Shown here: positions 21,985 through 35,385 of the stretch, piece after piece
How the letters are laid out: every line of letters begins with the position of its first letter
Position numbering within the stretch: position 1 is the stretch's first letter
Origin: Phoronis australis
Lineage: Eukaryota > Animalia > Phoronida
Length of the DNA: 64,000 nucleotides
Direction: 5' to 3'
Assembly: GCA_002633005.1 (NCBI GenBank)
Contig: NMRA01000711.1
Span: 124,496-188,495, forward strand
The notes under the pieces: model-generated
Seen by the model: the letters and a program-made list of their open reading frames with translations, nothing else
Told to the model about the DNA's origin: nothing
Database searches by the model: none
Program-made: the position numbers and the translations under genes

Positions 21985-22133
21985 AACTTCCTTGAAAACA
22001 CGACTAAACTTTTTGTTTGACAGCTTGATACAGAGTCGCTTGTAGTGTCGAAACAAGGAGAATGTTTCGAGACTATGAGCGACTCTGTATCAAGCTGTCA
22101 AACAAATAGTTTAGTCCTGTTTTCAAAGAAGTT
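21985..22133. repeat. 149-bp near-perfect palindrome (71-bp arms, 7-nt loop)
   Basis: aacttccttgaaaacacgactaaac...gtcgaaaca, loop aggagaa, then tgtttcgagac...gtttagtcctgttttcaaagaagtt. Confidence 0.9.
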
Positions 22134-25100
22134 TTTATTACATGAAAGCACCACATCTGAGATGAATCTTAAGTCACTTCTCATGACATAGACCTCAGGT
22201 CACATTTTTTAACATATGAAAAAGATTTAAGATTTCATAAAAACAGGGGAAAGGCGACATTTGTTTCCATCATGGGACCTATGAGTGGCCACTTAAGAAA
22301 AAAGGCGAGTGCAATCAGTGGGTGTCCTCCAAGTGTGGGGATTTGCATCAAATGATATCCAATTTCAAAAAAGACAGAAAAAGAAAGACAGGCGACTCCA
22401 TTATCCCTTGCATTAGAGGAGTCCTTGAAGAAATACAGCTTTGCATTGCTTAAAATTGTCTTCTTGAATTTAAAAATCTGAATAAATTTGCAAACTGGAA
22501 AATCTGTACATATATAACAAGTTTTCTGGAATTTTGTATAAATATGTAAAGGTGGACAATCCATGTTGCATTTTTTTAAAACTTGGTTACCCCTTATAAA
22601 AGTTTCCTAGCTTGGTCTTCAAAGAATAAGGTACTCCCACTTCCTACACCTATGAAATATTAAGGAGTTATAGTTGGACATTTCAGTTACATTGTGTTGA
22701 ACAGTAAAGTATTATGTATTTCCTTAATATCATAAAGTTGTTGACAGTAACATTTAGCTATGTTGTGCAGATGAAATTACAGACTACAGAACCAGACAAC
22801 ACTTGAGAGCAAACACCTGTTACACCAAAGGGCCACCACATGTTCATAATACAAGGATAGGCACTGCAAATTAATTAATGATCAACATATCAGCTCTTGG
22901 CACAAAACACTAACTAGAACAACCATCATGACTTGAAACTCATACACATCAAACTTGTAGCTGAGAAAGAAGCTTGGCCTCTCCACAGTGTGCAAGTTGG
23001 CACTCAAAGAGCAATACGGATGCATGAAATATACGTGGTACAGCAAAAAAAATCAATGGGCAATAATGGTAAAACATTAAATTCATGAAAACAATTACCT
23101 TAATACCTCAACAGTGTCATGACATATCAGTGTGTTATTCCCCAGTCATTATAGAACATGATGGCAAATCTGAACACATATTTTGAAATAGCATGGTTAC
23201 GGTCCCTGCACCCCAACTCCTTTTAATGTACAGCACACATCACAAATTTTTGTCTGACAGGTCGGAAATTGGTCGATGACCAGCCGTCTAGCCGACAAGC
23301 AGTCGACCAACAATGGTCTGCTAGGAGCCATCTGCTGAGTCGCCTCTGCGGTCACCACTTGAGTCGGCAAAGTGGTTGCCTAGAATAGACGACCAATTCG
23401 GACTATGCGTGTCCTCGGTCGGCAATTACCATTTTATGACTTAGCGAGTGAACTTTGGCTGTTCGTTCACCAGTGGCCACTGCGGTCTGGACATCAGTTT
23501 ATCAACTTTTGTTCACCTATTGAAAGGTGGTAAAATCGAATCAACCAGTCCTACAAATATGAATTGCGTGAAATTGCACCAACGTAAACTTTATGTTGAA
23601 TTGCTGACGGTGTGGTAAAATTAAACGTTAAATGATGTCATGGAAAAATAATTTCGCACTCTAGAAGTGAAACATTTCATACATTATGCATAAAAAAGTA
23701 TCAACAACCAGGGAATTTGAAATGTGTCTGTAAATTTGCATACAGTTCCAGGGCCGTAGGAAGCGGAGGGTGGGGGGAAGCGAGGGGGGCACGGGGCCCC
23801 GCAAAAAAATTTCAGGTGTCTGGCGTGGCAACCCACATAGGCGCGGTGCCGGGGACAGTCAAGAAAATAAAGACTGCGAAAAACGGATAAAAGAGAAAAT
23901 TCAAGAGAATATTTAACAAATCTGCATCAGTGCATGGTTTACCTTTTGAGGACCCTGGCCAGGACACTGTCATTACAGTCTTAGCTTTTGCAGCACAGAT
24001 CGTCTAAATGCAAGAGAGAATTTGCAAAGCGAAACTTTTGCAGAGCGTACTAATTTAATGGATGTTTAAATTCAATCTGCCAATTTTGCGAATGCAAAAC
24101 TATATTTTTCTAGAGGCCCATCTCTGGCAAGAGATAACAGAGACATCTTTCGCTTTATATTTTTTTCTCCAAACTGTACGTCACTTGAGAAAAATTGAAG
24201 ACCTGACAGATAACATCAATTGCTGCGCATTTCCTGATATTTGAAAATATAGATATTTTTATATTTAGGGGCTTCGCCTTTGAAGGAGACCATTCATGAT
24301 ATTTCTATTTTGGAGCCTTAGTTGCCAGATGTCATTCAGCGTCAGTTACTACCTAAGGTGGCCAGATCATGCGCTAGAAACATCACCAGACGTTTTGCTT
24401 CTCAAAAAGTGTACCTTGGTGTATTTTCTTTCATTTCTTTTGACATCGCATTCGCTTTACGAAAGATTCACGCACAAATGCCGCGTATAGAGACAAATGC
24501 GTCCTCACCACGTATTCGCATCTTCCCGTTCAAAATTGTTTATTTTATACAGTTTGTCAATATGTTGTTGACAGAAAATATTTGGTTTTGGAACAACGTC
24601 AGCAACCAACTGATACATGTACTGTAACTAGAGCAAATTTTACCATCACCGATGCATGAATGCGCAAAGCTAAAATTGGTAGTAGCCTCAACAATGGTCA
24701 TTCCATGTTTGATGTCACTGTCTAAGTTCGTGGAAATCGTAACTGTGATTTTGAAGTTAGAGCCTTCCAAGTCCGTGGGCTTAGGACATAAAGTTCCGTG
24801 TATTTTGTGTCTTTACTGCAAGGGTTAATACAGTGAAAATAAAATCTCCGGAGTAAGAGCTCTTCGGTGCAACAACTCTTTCAATATCCCATCATCATAG
24901 ACGCGTGACAGGAGACCCGTGAGGAATTTTAAAAATGCAAAAAGATGTAGTTCGGCGAAACACAAGCAAAAAACAAGTGTGGGCAAAGACTGTAAAAAAA
25001 GCTGCGTTTACAAAATGACTACGGCGTTGTATTGACTGGGAAGCAGCCAATCTAATGACATTTGTTAACGTCTGAGCCAAAAGATTAAATAAAAAGAAAA

Positions 25101-25419
25101 CCTTAACGTTTTGTTATCTAAACTTGTTCCATTGTCCTTAATCCAATGTTCAATATTACCACTTGCCTCCAACCTTCGAATTAGAAGCATTAATGGGGTC
25201 AACGGGCATTTTCTCCCTTTTGACATAGAAAACTTAGCTATTCGAATGCACGGGTCAGTTAGAGAGCACTGATTCAACTCTCACGTCGGCAATTTGCCTT
25301 GCGCTCTAGAGCCTTTCAATGGCGGTCGTGAAGAACAGTAACGCCGTATCTGCATGAACAAACTCAATTTTGCAATCTCAAATTTGTGAGTATTTAACGT
25401 TGCAGGTACCAGAGCTTAA

Positions 25420-25743
25420 AGGCGAAGGTAACCTTTTTTCATGTCATTTTTAGCAAAGATTAGGTTCGTTGGTTATCCCAGACATATTTTCAACTTAATT
25501 ACAGCTTTTCGTAATTTAACTAAATATTCTTTCTCTACTCCGGAAGTGACGTTTTGGGAGGCAAGCATTTCCCGCCAATTTCTTTTCATATAGTCTGACT
25601 ATGAGAGCTGTCGCATCAGTCATTGATCCACCTCCGTTGTGATAAGTTCTGTCGTCGTTTGCTTTTGTTTACGAGTCAGTCAACATGCCACACTGTTGCC
25701 TTATTTTTGCTAAAAAAGACATGGAAAATGGTTGCCTTCGCCT
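25420..25743. mobile_element. Kolobok-like non-autonomous element, internally deleted copy
   Basis: TTAA|AGGCGAAGGTAACC...GGTTGCCTTCGCCT|TTAA. The first ~280 bp match the arm of 59979-60854. Confidence 0.8.
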
Positions 25744-28395
25744 TTAATCTAAGCATTTTATCGCTGATCTAAAAAACAATTTTGGCGGGGAAAAATGGCG
25801 GGAAAGTTTCGCGACCTAGCATTCATGAATGTGAGCTGGATTTTGAAAATGCAACCTGGGATCTTGGCCAGGTCGCAAAAAGCAGAATGGCGATTTTAAT
25901 AGCATCGAGCCCTAAACACAAGTCAAATCAGCAGAACTATGCATTGGGCTTGCTGTTTTACAAAATTTGTGGGAATTTGTGAGTCTGGTATTTTACTCAT
26001 AATAAAGCTACACAAAGAGATTTTGTTAAACGTTGGCCATCAGACTTTGTCTGATTTGAATTTGGAATATCAGATTGATTTGACTTAAGTCCTGATATTT
26101 GCCCGATTCATTTCTGAGAATAGAGTCGACAGAATTCGCTTCCTCTATTGCCAATCAATTTTGGCCAAACTTTGATCATCATATTCCAATGGCAAATTTT
26201 GTCCAGCTGATTTCCAAAATGCCGTGATAAATGTTGAGACCTAGTAGAGAAAAATAACAAAAACTTGGCACATGTAACCATCTCTTCATATGAAAGTAAA
26301 ATTATTACCAAAGACAGCGCAATTACAAAATCCTGAAAATCAAACTACTAAAAATCGAAAGACAATAGTATTATATTCACGATTAATTCATAAATTCTTA
26401 TATAAACTATAAATGACTGACATAACTAATCATGTTTGTAAACAATAGAGTCAGATTTGAAAACAGTAGACAATGTGAACAGTTTAGGAAGATGGAAACG
26501 GCGTTTTTGTGCCAAATCATTTTGATAATTTTTCTGAAATTTTAGCCATTTTGAATTAGTGCAATAGAACTATTTCCAAATATTTTTAAAAGAAATACGG
26601 AAAAATGACTGATATCACTACAAGCTAAGTTGCAAAAAAAAGCAAGACTACGTCAGCAAGACTACGTCAGCAATATTACACTGTGACATTTCTTTTTTAA
26701 TGGTGCCCTCGCTTGGTTAATGCATGACTTGTCCCTTTGACAATTGACTTCACCATATGAAAGTTGATCAGCCAGGTTATATGTATGTTACTAAGACTAC
26801 TTGATCACTCGTCAACTTACTTGTAGTTTGTTCAACAGATGACACTGTCCATCGGATAGTATTTGTAAAGTTGTCTTGTGAGTTTGGAAAACCATGAGTT
26901 TTCCTCATTTAATTTGATGAATCACTTGTCCGTTTAGCAAACCACCAATCAATTTTTTAATCTCTGGTCTATTTGAGGGTGTTGTCTATTGTCATACTTT
27001 TCACTGCCCATCAAACATGGTTCAGTAATCACAGCTTTTGATTGAAGCTTGCGAGTATACCCCACCTAGCAACACCGTTTAAACATGACACATGACTTCT
27101 GTATATGACCTTGTATGTGTCACACCCCTGTTACCATGGTAGCAGTACACTTCAATCTTGCCAACTTCCTTTTAAAAGTATTTAGGGATTATCATTAAAA
27201 TGGTTTGATCATGGTTGCCTAAAATCTAACATGACTGCCTTTAAGCCTCAAAACCGTTACCTTGGCCATGAAAATACCAGGTACAACGATAAAGATACCC
27301 AATTCAACTTGGCAACACCCCTAAGTTTCAACAAAGAGTTAATCCAAGCATTCTTGGCCAGGTTGCCTGCTTCTAAACATAAATTTGCCCTCAAACCTAA
27401 AAGCGCTGATTTGGCCCGACAAAATATCTGGTTACCATGGTGACGGTAGATATTTCACATTGGCAACCCTCAAGTTTCAAGGGAGGGTCACTATAAATAC
27501 TTAAAGCATGGTTTCCTGCTTCTAACATGACCTTGCCATCAAACCTAAAATTGCTGATTTTGGCCAACTGACCATAATTTTATATTACATTGATTGGTTC
27601 ATCCGCTACACAGGAAGGAAGCAATGACTGAACTCTTGAAGTTGATGTGCTGGCGGCACAGGTGTAAAGTAGCAGCTTGCGAACAAGAGCCACAGATCCA
27701 ATCCCGATAAAATCTATTAAGTAATCGTATTACTTCACAAAAGCTTTTATACGAACTTAAAATCACATTACCATAGCAGCGGTCTATAGAAAGTCATGGC
27801 TCACCAGGAGAGGACTGAATCACTGTGAAATATCTCATACTTCACAGAAAAATTAAAAAGAATAAAAGGACATTACAAAAGCACTGGTCAATATGAATAA
27901 TTACTGACTCGAGACCCTTTCTATGCAGTAAGCTATTATCAAACTTTCACTGTTAACCGTTGTTAACAGCAAAGTTAAGCACTACCGTTCTCATCAACTT
28001 AAAGAGTATTTCAGAAAACTAACGCAAGAGAGTTATCGCCAGGTAGCCGAGTATTAGCTGATTTGAACAAAAGCAATATGGCGTTTGGTGAGAACTCATT
28101 GTGCGTTTGTTCTGGGATTTTATGTAGAATATAAATAGGTAAATAAAACAACAAGAATGGATCAACTGAAATTTTCGGATATAATAACGTCCTTTGTCAA
28201 CAGAAACAGAAATAAAGTAAAATCAAACACTATATGACAACTGACATTTAAGATGTGGCGTAATGAATATGATACATTTTTTGCGTAAAAAATTCAATGA
28301 TATAATTTAATTTTGAATACAAATAGCATAATTCTTGTCCCAAACTGACAAACTTAACAAATCTTGTATCAGTCATAAATTCTCAATAAACTCAC

Positions 28396-28758
28396 CTTTT
28401 TCTCTTCTCCAGTTCGTTCACTTGTGTCACCTGCTCCATAATCTGTCACAGGTAAGTCATCAACAGATGGCACCGGAGAAATATTTTTGTTCATTTTGAC
28501 TGCTGAATTACCAAATTTTTCCTTCTTGCCTTGCAAGCCATTGGCTGAGATCACAAGGGATGGCTTGTCCTCCACTTTCAGATTTTTACGCTTAGTCATG
28601 TGCCGTGCTGGACCCACACTGAACTTGAGTATGATGATCATGACAATCACGATGACAGCCAAAACCAACACATTTCTGTACCTGATGTTCATCACAGATT
28701 TCATGCTACCTGTAAAAGAACTATCCAATAGGCTCTGTTCACTCTTACAAGCCATCAT
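28396..28758 (-). CDS. STELLO-like glycosyltransferase first coding exon (cytosolic tail + transmembrane anchor)
   Basis: MMACKSEQ...NIRYRNVLVLAVIVIVMIIILKFSVG is a type II signal-anchor preceded by basic residues. gtgagt donor after EEKK, phase 0. Linkage to downstream exons is inferred from strand, phase and topology. Confidence 0.72.
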
Positions 28759-30857
28759 GTCTTAACTGTTATATTTTGATATTGCATTAGACAAAACTTG
28801 AATCACTGGTGATGTGTTCAGGCATAACGGGAACTTCTGAAACAGTTCCCACAAACAGAAAGCTGCAATGTCGGCTGCTTCGAAAACTAGGAGCAAACAA
28901 GCCTCTGCGGGAGCAATTTCAGAAAAACGACTGAAAAATCCCTCATGGAGGGAAGCCCTCATTGAAGCCCTCTCAGGATAGTGTTGTATTACTGGCAAGG
29001 GACGAAGGTATGGAGAATGCGCTCCATTTTGCTTCTTAAAACGGCAGTTAAAAGTATTTCCCACATAAATCGAATTAGGAGGGTTGGCAACCCCACTGTA
29101 AGATTCCTTGGCCTGATTGTTTCCAATAATGTTTTAAATAGAGTGTGGCAGACAGTGTTGATGCAGAAAGCAGGGGCCCTGAGGCCCTGGTCAAGAAGTT
29201 TGAGAACATAGGAAGAAAATAAAGTGACAATGAAAATGTTCAAGTATTTTATTTTGAAGTAAATACATCAGCCACGACAATAATCTGTTACTTGTGGTAG
29301 TATAATTCACATTGCCAAACCACCATCCTGACGGCTGCCGCTGTCATCACTAATTCATTGTTATTATCAATGATTTACCTTTAGGGCAATTCCAATTGTA
29401 ACGGACGGATAATATCAAAAAACATTTTGACCAATTGTGAAAATTAAGCTTTCATCCTAGGAACATAATTAATATACTCCGGAACCTAATGGTCATCTGC
29501 CTAAGCATAAAACCGACTTGTTCTCATACTCACCCAATTATTCCATTTCAAAGTTATGCTCTGCGTAGAACTTGATTTGACTCTCACAAATTCATAGTAT
29601 TAGTTGATTCAAACATTTTCTTTTATTTATGCGGAGTTGTTTGAACTGTGCATTGCTATTCGGCAGCCATTTTATAATGACACCTATAGTCGTCATGTGA
29701 TGCTGGCTTATGAAAGAACAGAAAACCACACAGAAAAAGGCCAAGAAAATAGTGGAAAGTGGTTTACAGCAATTCTACTCCAACCACAAACTGTTTTACT
29801 AGTATGATATCGATTTTTAAATCGATTAAAATTGATTTAGAATTTCAGTTCTGGAAAATAAATCGCAATTGTTTTATTCCAGATAGACCTTACTTATTTT
29901 CTTTTTGTGTCCTCTTTATTTGACTTTTTGGTCTTGTTGTTCTTAACACCACTTATCTCTTCTGTCTTTCTTTTTCTTTTCAGTTTTTCTTCATTCTCTC
30001 TTAACACCTTGTCAGCCAAAACAGAACTGTAACCCTTTGAGACTTTGTCGGTGCAAGTTGGATCATTGAACCTCAATAGAATTGTTTTAATAAATTACCC
30101 AATATCGTATTGTTTGATTTTTTCTCACCTTTAACAGGCTTCTGCAATCATAAATAAATACATAAATAAATACCCAAGTTGTATTTGCATTTTATTGCTA
30201 AATCTCTTCTTTTATTTTTAATTATGTCATGCCGTGTTGTATGTAACAGTGCAATATAGTGAAATAAAGTCAATGTTTTACTTTATTGGTGGCCATTCTC
30301 TATCAATTCAAGTATTTTAATTTTCTTCAAATAAGTTCAAAATGCTTTAACCAAAAATTTCAACATGAATGTTGAGCTCAGTACTTTGTTTCGCAATAAA
30401 AAAAAGTGGACAATATTTTGATGACCAAGGCGTGTGTCGAAACTGTTAAGCTTCCACGGTGTTCCATTTGTCTGCTGCGTTTTTCCTTTGGCCTAACAGG
30501 TGTCGGTTACTGCCTAGGACAAATAGATACATTGCATAAACAATCCCCGAGTTGTTTTTTGTTCCGTCTGAAGAAAATTTAATTTTGGAAATATCTTCTG
30601 AAAATGAAAAAAGTGCATTAGTAAAATCTACAAGTTTTTCAGTGGTCTCAAAAAAAACAGTCGCTGAATGCATTAATTTTAGTCTCAGTTCTTCCATGCG
30701 TGTTTCTACCGAGAGGTCAGTACCTAATGTGTGTAGACGAGTACTCTAAATTAGAACGTTAAGTCCCGTGTGGCTGCGCTGCACGCGAAAGAAGATGACG
30801 CACGACATTTGGAGCCTGACGACGATAGGTATTCGGACTATACATCAATTGTTAAGT

Positions 30858-31786
30858 TAGGCAATGACCATCGCCTCTGTTGGCCCAAACCAGAGGCGAT
30901 GCAGAGGCTATAGGCGCTCTGTATGCCGGAAGCTTTTCGGCGAATTATGTCTCGCACTGACTAATCCATCAAAGTCACATTGTTATAAATACCTTTTGCG
31001 CATAGAGGAACACCTTAGGAGGTTGTCTATGTGTTTAATACCTTCCAACTCGAACAAATACTCCCATTATCAAACTTTTTCTTCGAGCAGTCTTTATTTC
31101 AGTTCCCAAAATCGTGAAATCAACTTTTTCATTTTTTAACCAGGCCGAAGGTCAGAAGTTGCGGACCTACCGGCGAACTTTGAAAGCTGAAGTTCCCGCC
31201 CTTTACGTACGTGCTGCCGGGAACCAGCCGTGCATTTGCCGTGTTGTTAAACATTAAAATGTCAAATATGTGCACAAAGACTATTAAATGTCATATCAAC
31301 AGCATTTATTTTTATCAAATACAAACAATAATTCATTGAAATACAAACAGTTTCAAGTAACGCCAATTAAAGACAAGTATAAGTGGTGGCATTTTGGAAA
31401 CGAACATTTGACTGACAAGACCGCAATGGCTCACCTTTGGCCTATTTAAAAATTATTGAGGTTATGAAGTCACATCACCTAGCGAGCGCGGTAAAAAATT
31501 GGAGCGTGCGCAGTACAAAAATTTTGATTTCACGATTTTGGGAACTGAAATAGGGACTGATCGAAGAAAAAGTTTCATAACGGGAGTATTTGTTCGAGTT
31601 GGAAGGACTTAAACACATCGACAACCTCCTAAGGTGTTCCTCTATGCGCAAAAGGTATTTATAACAACGTGACTTTGATGGTTTAGTCGGTGCGAGGCAT
31701 AATTCGCCGAAAAGCTTCCGGCGTACAGAGCTCCTATAGCCTCTGCATCGCTGGTTCGGGCCAACAGAGGCGATGATCATTGCCTA
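30858..31786. mobile_element. Foldback DNA transposon (non-autonomous), ~270-bp TIRs, 9-bp TSD
   Basis: Termini TAGGCAATGA...TCATTGCCTA; TSD ttgttaagt at 30849-30857 and 31787-31795. Confidence 0.88.
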
Positions 31787-31886
31787 TTGTTAAGTCTGAT
31801 TGACAGCTTTCAAAGCATGCATAAACTTTTCTCCAACCTTTTTATCCGACTGAGGAAATTGCTTTTAAACGGGTGTGACTGACGAC

Positions 31887-32049
31887 CAGTGGTGGATTTA
31901 GAGGGGGGCCAAGGGGGCCATAGCCCCTCCTAAAATTCTCCCATATTCCATGTGGCAGTTGCGGGCTGCGAATGTCTGACGGGCAAAATCCTGGCTAATA
32001 CTCTGCTGNCCCCCCCCCCCCCTAACTCAAAATCCTGGATCCGCCCCTC
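31887..32049. mobile_element. Small CAG-terminal (hAT-like) MITE with 5-bp TSD
   Basis: cagtggtggatttag...ctggatccgcccct(c), flanked by acgac/acgac. Termini resemble those of 39454-40669. Confidence 0.6.
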
Positions 32050-32351
32050 ACGACTGCAGAGAATTTGAATTTTTGAACTTTTTCTTCGAGCAGTCCCTCG
32101 TTCAGTTCCTAAAATCGGTTACTCGTCATTTTTACATTGCACACGTCAGGAAATATGACGTCATACCACCTGCCACGCGCAGTGTTAAAAATACGATTTT
32201 GGGAACTGAACGAGGGACTGCTCGAACAAAAAGTTTGATAACGAGAGTATTTGTTCTAACGTTTAAAATACATGGAACGAAATGCGTACAGAAAACGATG
32301 GGAAGTATCGTAAGCTCTAACCGGCCAACCGGAGAGGGGCTACGTGTTGCC

Positions 32352-33261
32352 TAGGCAATGACCATCGCCTCTGTTGGCCCGAACCAGAGGCGATGTAGAG
32401 GCTATAGGCGCTCTGTACGCCGGAAGCTTTTCGGCGAATTATGTCTCGCACCGACTAAACCATCAAAGTCACGTTGTTATAACTACCTTGTGCGCATAGA
32501 CGAACACCTTAGGAGGTTGTCGATGTGTTTAAATTCTTCCAACTCGAACAAATACTCCCGTTATGAAACTTTTTCTTCGAGCAGTCCCTATTTCAGTTCC
32601 CAAAATCGTGAACTCACCATTTTTATACTGCGCACGCTCGGTGATGTGAATTCATGACCTCAATCTTTAAATAGGCCAAAGGTGAGCCATTGCGGTCTTT
32701 TAAGTCAAATGTTCGTTTCCAAAATGCCACCACTTATACTTGTCTTTAATTGGCGTTACTTTTGAAACTGGTTGCACTTCAATGAATCATTGTTTGTATT
32801 TGATAAAAATAAATGCTGTTGATATGACATTTAATAGTCTTTGTGCACATATTTGACATTTTAATGTTTAACAACACGGCAAATGCACGGCTGGTTCCCG
32901 GCAGCACGTACGCGAAGGGCGGGAACTTCAGCTTTCAAAGTTCGCCGGTAGGTCCGCAACTTCTGACCTTCGGCCTGGTTAAAAAAATGAAAAAGTTGAT
33001 TTCACGATTTTGGGAACTGAAATAGGGACTGCTCGAAGAAAAAGTTTCATAACGGGAGTATTTGTTCGAGTTGGAAGGAATTAAACACATCGACAACCTC
33101 CTAAGGTGTTCCTCTATGCGCAAAAGGTATTTGTAACAACGTGACTTTGATGGTTTAGTCGGTGCGAGGCATAATTCGCCGAAAAGCTTCCGGCGTACAG
33201 AGCGCCTATAGCCTCTACATCGCCTCTGGTTCGGGCCAACAGAGGCGATGGTCATTGCCTA
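32352..33261. mobile_element. Second copy of the 9-bp-TSD foldback element, in opposite orientation
   Basis: Same TAGGCAATG termini; TSD cgtgttgcc at 32343-32351 and 33262-33270. The interior is close to the reverse complement of 30858-31786. Confidence 0.88.
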
Positions 33262-33513
33262 CGTGTTGCCTATCACCCGGCCAGTCACCGACCACAGAGC
33301 GAGTCGGAGACTGGTCTCTGAAGCTCTGATGAATCTTCATAATAACTATTGATAGCAGATCTTCGTTGTCTGATACCCAATTCTTACCTAAACTTCTGAG
33401 TGCCTTATTTATGAGTGTTTCATTTTTCTAAGTTCGTTTACCAGTAGTGAACAGCAACTCACCCAATTTACTTCAATCACAAGCGCATTCTTTAGCCTTA
33501 GGTCACGATTGTA

Positions 33514-34195
33514 GTGAGAATCTCGCAAAGGAAGGTAAAAGTCACGTGGTTCACTTGGAATCTCGCTGGTTCCCTGCATGCCGCCAGGTGGGGCGGTAGC
33601 CGCGCCAGCACGCAGGTATCACTTGGCAGAGACTTAATTTTCCTCGGGAAATTTTTTTACACCGGCGTTTCTGATTGGCTAGTCGAATTCTCAAAAGGCA
33701 GCGCTTTACGCAAACAAACTGACACGACTGATGGACTGAAGTGCAAATGTGGTCTGTTGTACAGACAAATCGCCGGTGCTTAAAATTTATGTTCAGGAAA
33801 AGTGAAGCCTAGAAATATTGTGATTGCGCCTTTTCGGAATGCAATTTTCTACTGTCGATGACTGTTTTCGTACAGTATGAACAACACACCGCCGGGTTAA
33901 ATCGGCCAGATACAAAAGTGTGTTTATTGTACATGTATGTGTTTCAAGCACGCGGCTATATAAACATGACTGCAGAAGCGAAATCGTTGCTGCGACGCCA
34001 CTTGCATAACAAGGCTAAAAATCGTTCACAGTCCGCAATTGTTTCACGGTGTTGTAAAGCTAACCAATGATTGACAAGGTTACATCGACCGGCTAAAGCG
34101 CGTGCCACTGTGTGATACCTGCGTGCTGGCTGGGCTAAGCACGCAGGGAATCAGCGAGCACTTGGAACATGACGATTTTTCTTGCGACATCTCAG
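33514..34195. repeat. Degenerate ~680-bp inverted-repeat (old MITE-like) element
   Basis: gccagcacgcaggtatcac (~33603) is the reverse complement of gtgatacctgcgtgctggc (~34112). Additional weaker paired blocks lie outward (ctcgctggttccctgc / gcagggaatcagcgag). Confidence 0.55.
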
Positions 34196-34274
34196 TTTTC
34201 AGTCACCAGGTGGCGAGACTTCTCGGCCAAAACGGGGTTTGATATTCCTTTAATATAGTGGGAAGACGTTGACT

Positions 34275-34345
34275 CATGGGCGCCGCAGCACTGAAAAAAG
34301 TGGGGGACTGTAGCCTACCCACCCCCCTATGGTGCGCTGCCCATG
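34275..34345. mobile_element. Mini-MITE related to 8188-8255, inverted
   Basis: catgggc...gcccatg termini; the interior aligns with the reverse complement of 8188-8255. Confidence 0.6.
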
Positions 34346-35107
34346 CCAGACTGGTGCTACCCACACGCATTAGACACCTTGTACTTCGCGGTCAACAGAT
34401 TTGTAGAAATCTCGTTGTCCTGTTTGTCGGGATGAAATCTGATCTAAGGTCCTCATTGCATGGAGTAGATCAATTTTCTCATTAGCAAACGCTTCACAAC
34501 TATAAAGCACGGGCTAAGTAGACCGATATATCGTGAAATAAAACTGTATTTTTTTACTCTTTGTTTTCTAAAATAAATTTATTTTGCCCGATGAAATGCG
34601 ACCACTGAAGAGAAATGACAGCTAAAATAGATGCGTTAGGTTTCGATTCTCTGGTATCCATTGCGTTTTGTAACGCTTTGGACCGTGGACGACAACTGGT
34701 TCGCGTGTCATGATACCGGGCAAAAGTGCGCCAGAAAACGTAACGATGGACTAGATGCACGAGTCCGCGGTTGGCGTCCATCATTTGGAATATTTAATTT
34801 GGTAGAGAAAACAAAACAACTCACGCGCACGGATTCTCATGTAAGTGGACAGGAAAGTATTACTTTTTATATATTTATTAATGAATACAACCGATAGATA
34901 CGTTGTTAGATTTCTTACGCAAGCAGACTGACACTGCCGGACTCACGAGGTCTAAGACTTAAATTTTAAAGGTTAAAGGTTAATCAACAAATAAAACATC
35001 ATAGAAGTCCATCTACTGTTAAAATTAGAATATTTGCCCTTTTTATAGAATATGTATTTTTTCTGTTTTGTAATACCATTTTTTAAGTATTCGTCACAAG
35101 GCTTATA

Positions 35108-35385
35108 ATTCATTCTTCTCCTGCCTGCGATACAAATGATATTTACCAAGAATTATCATTAAATTCATTCTTCTCCTGCCTGGGATACAAATGATATTTA
35201 CCAAGAATTAACATTAAATTCATTCTTCTCCTGCTGGGATACAAATGATATTTACCAAGAATTAACATTAAATTCATTCTTCTCCTGCTGGGATACAAAT
35301 GATATTTACCAAGAATAACATTAAATTCATTCTTCTCCTGCCTGGGATACAAATGATATTTACCAAGAATTAACATTAAATTCAT
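35108..35385. repeat. About 54-bp minisatellite x5
   Basis: aaattcattcttctcctgc(c)tgggatacaaatgatatttaccaagaattaacatt repeated. Confidence 0.92.

Noticed and set aside
23748-25400. Possible transposase remnant after a cagggccgtagg hAT-like start
   Set aside because: No matching opposite end or convincing catalytic motif could be read in any frame.
30864-33255. Four similar ORFs beginning MTIASVGPNQRR as a small gene family
   Set aside because: They lie inside the TIRs of two foldback transposon copies and have no recognisable domain.
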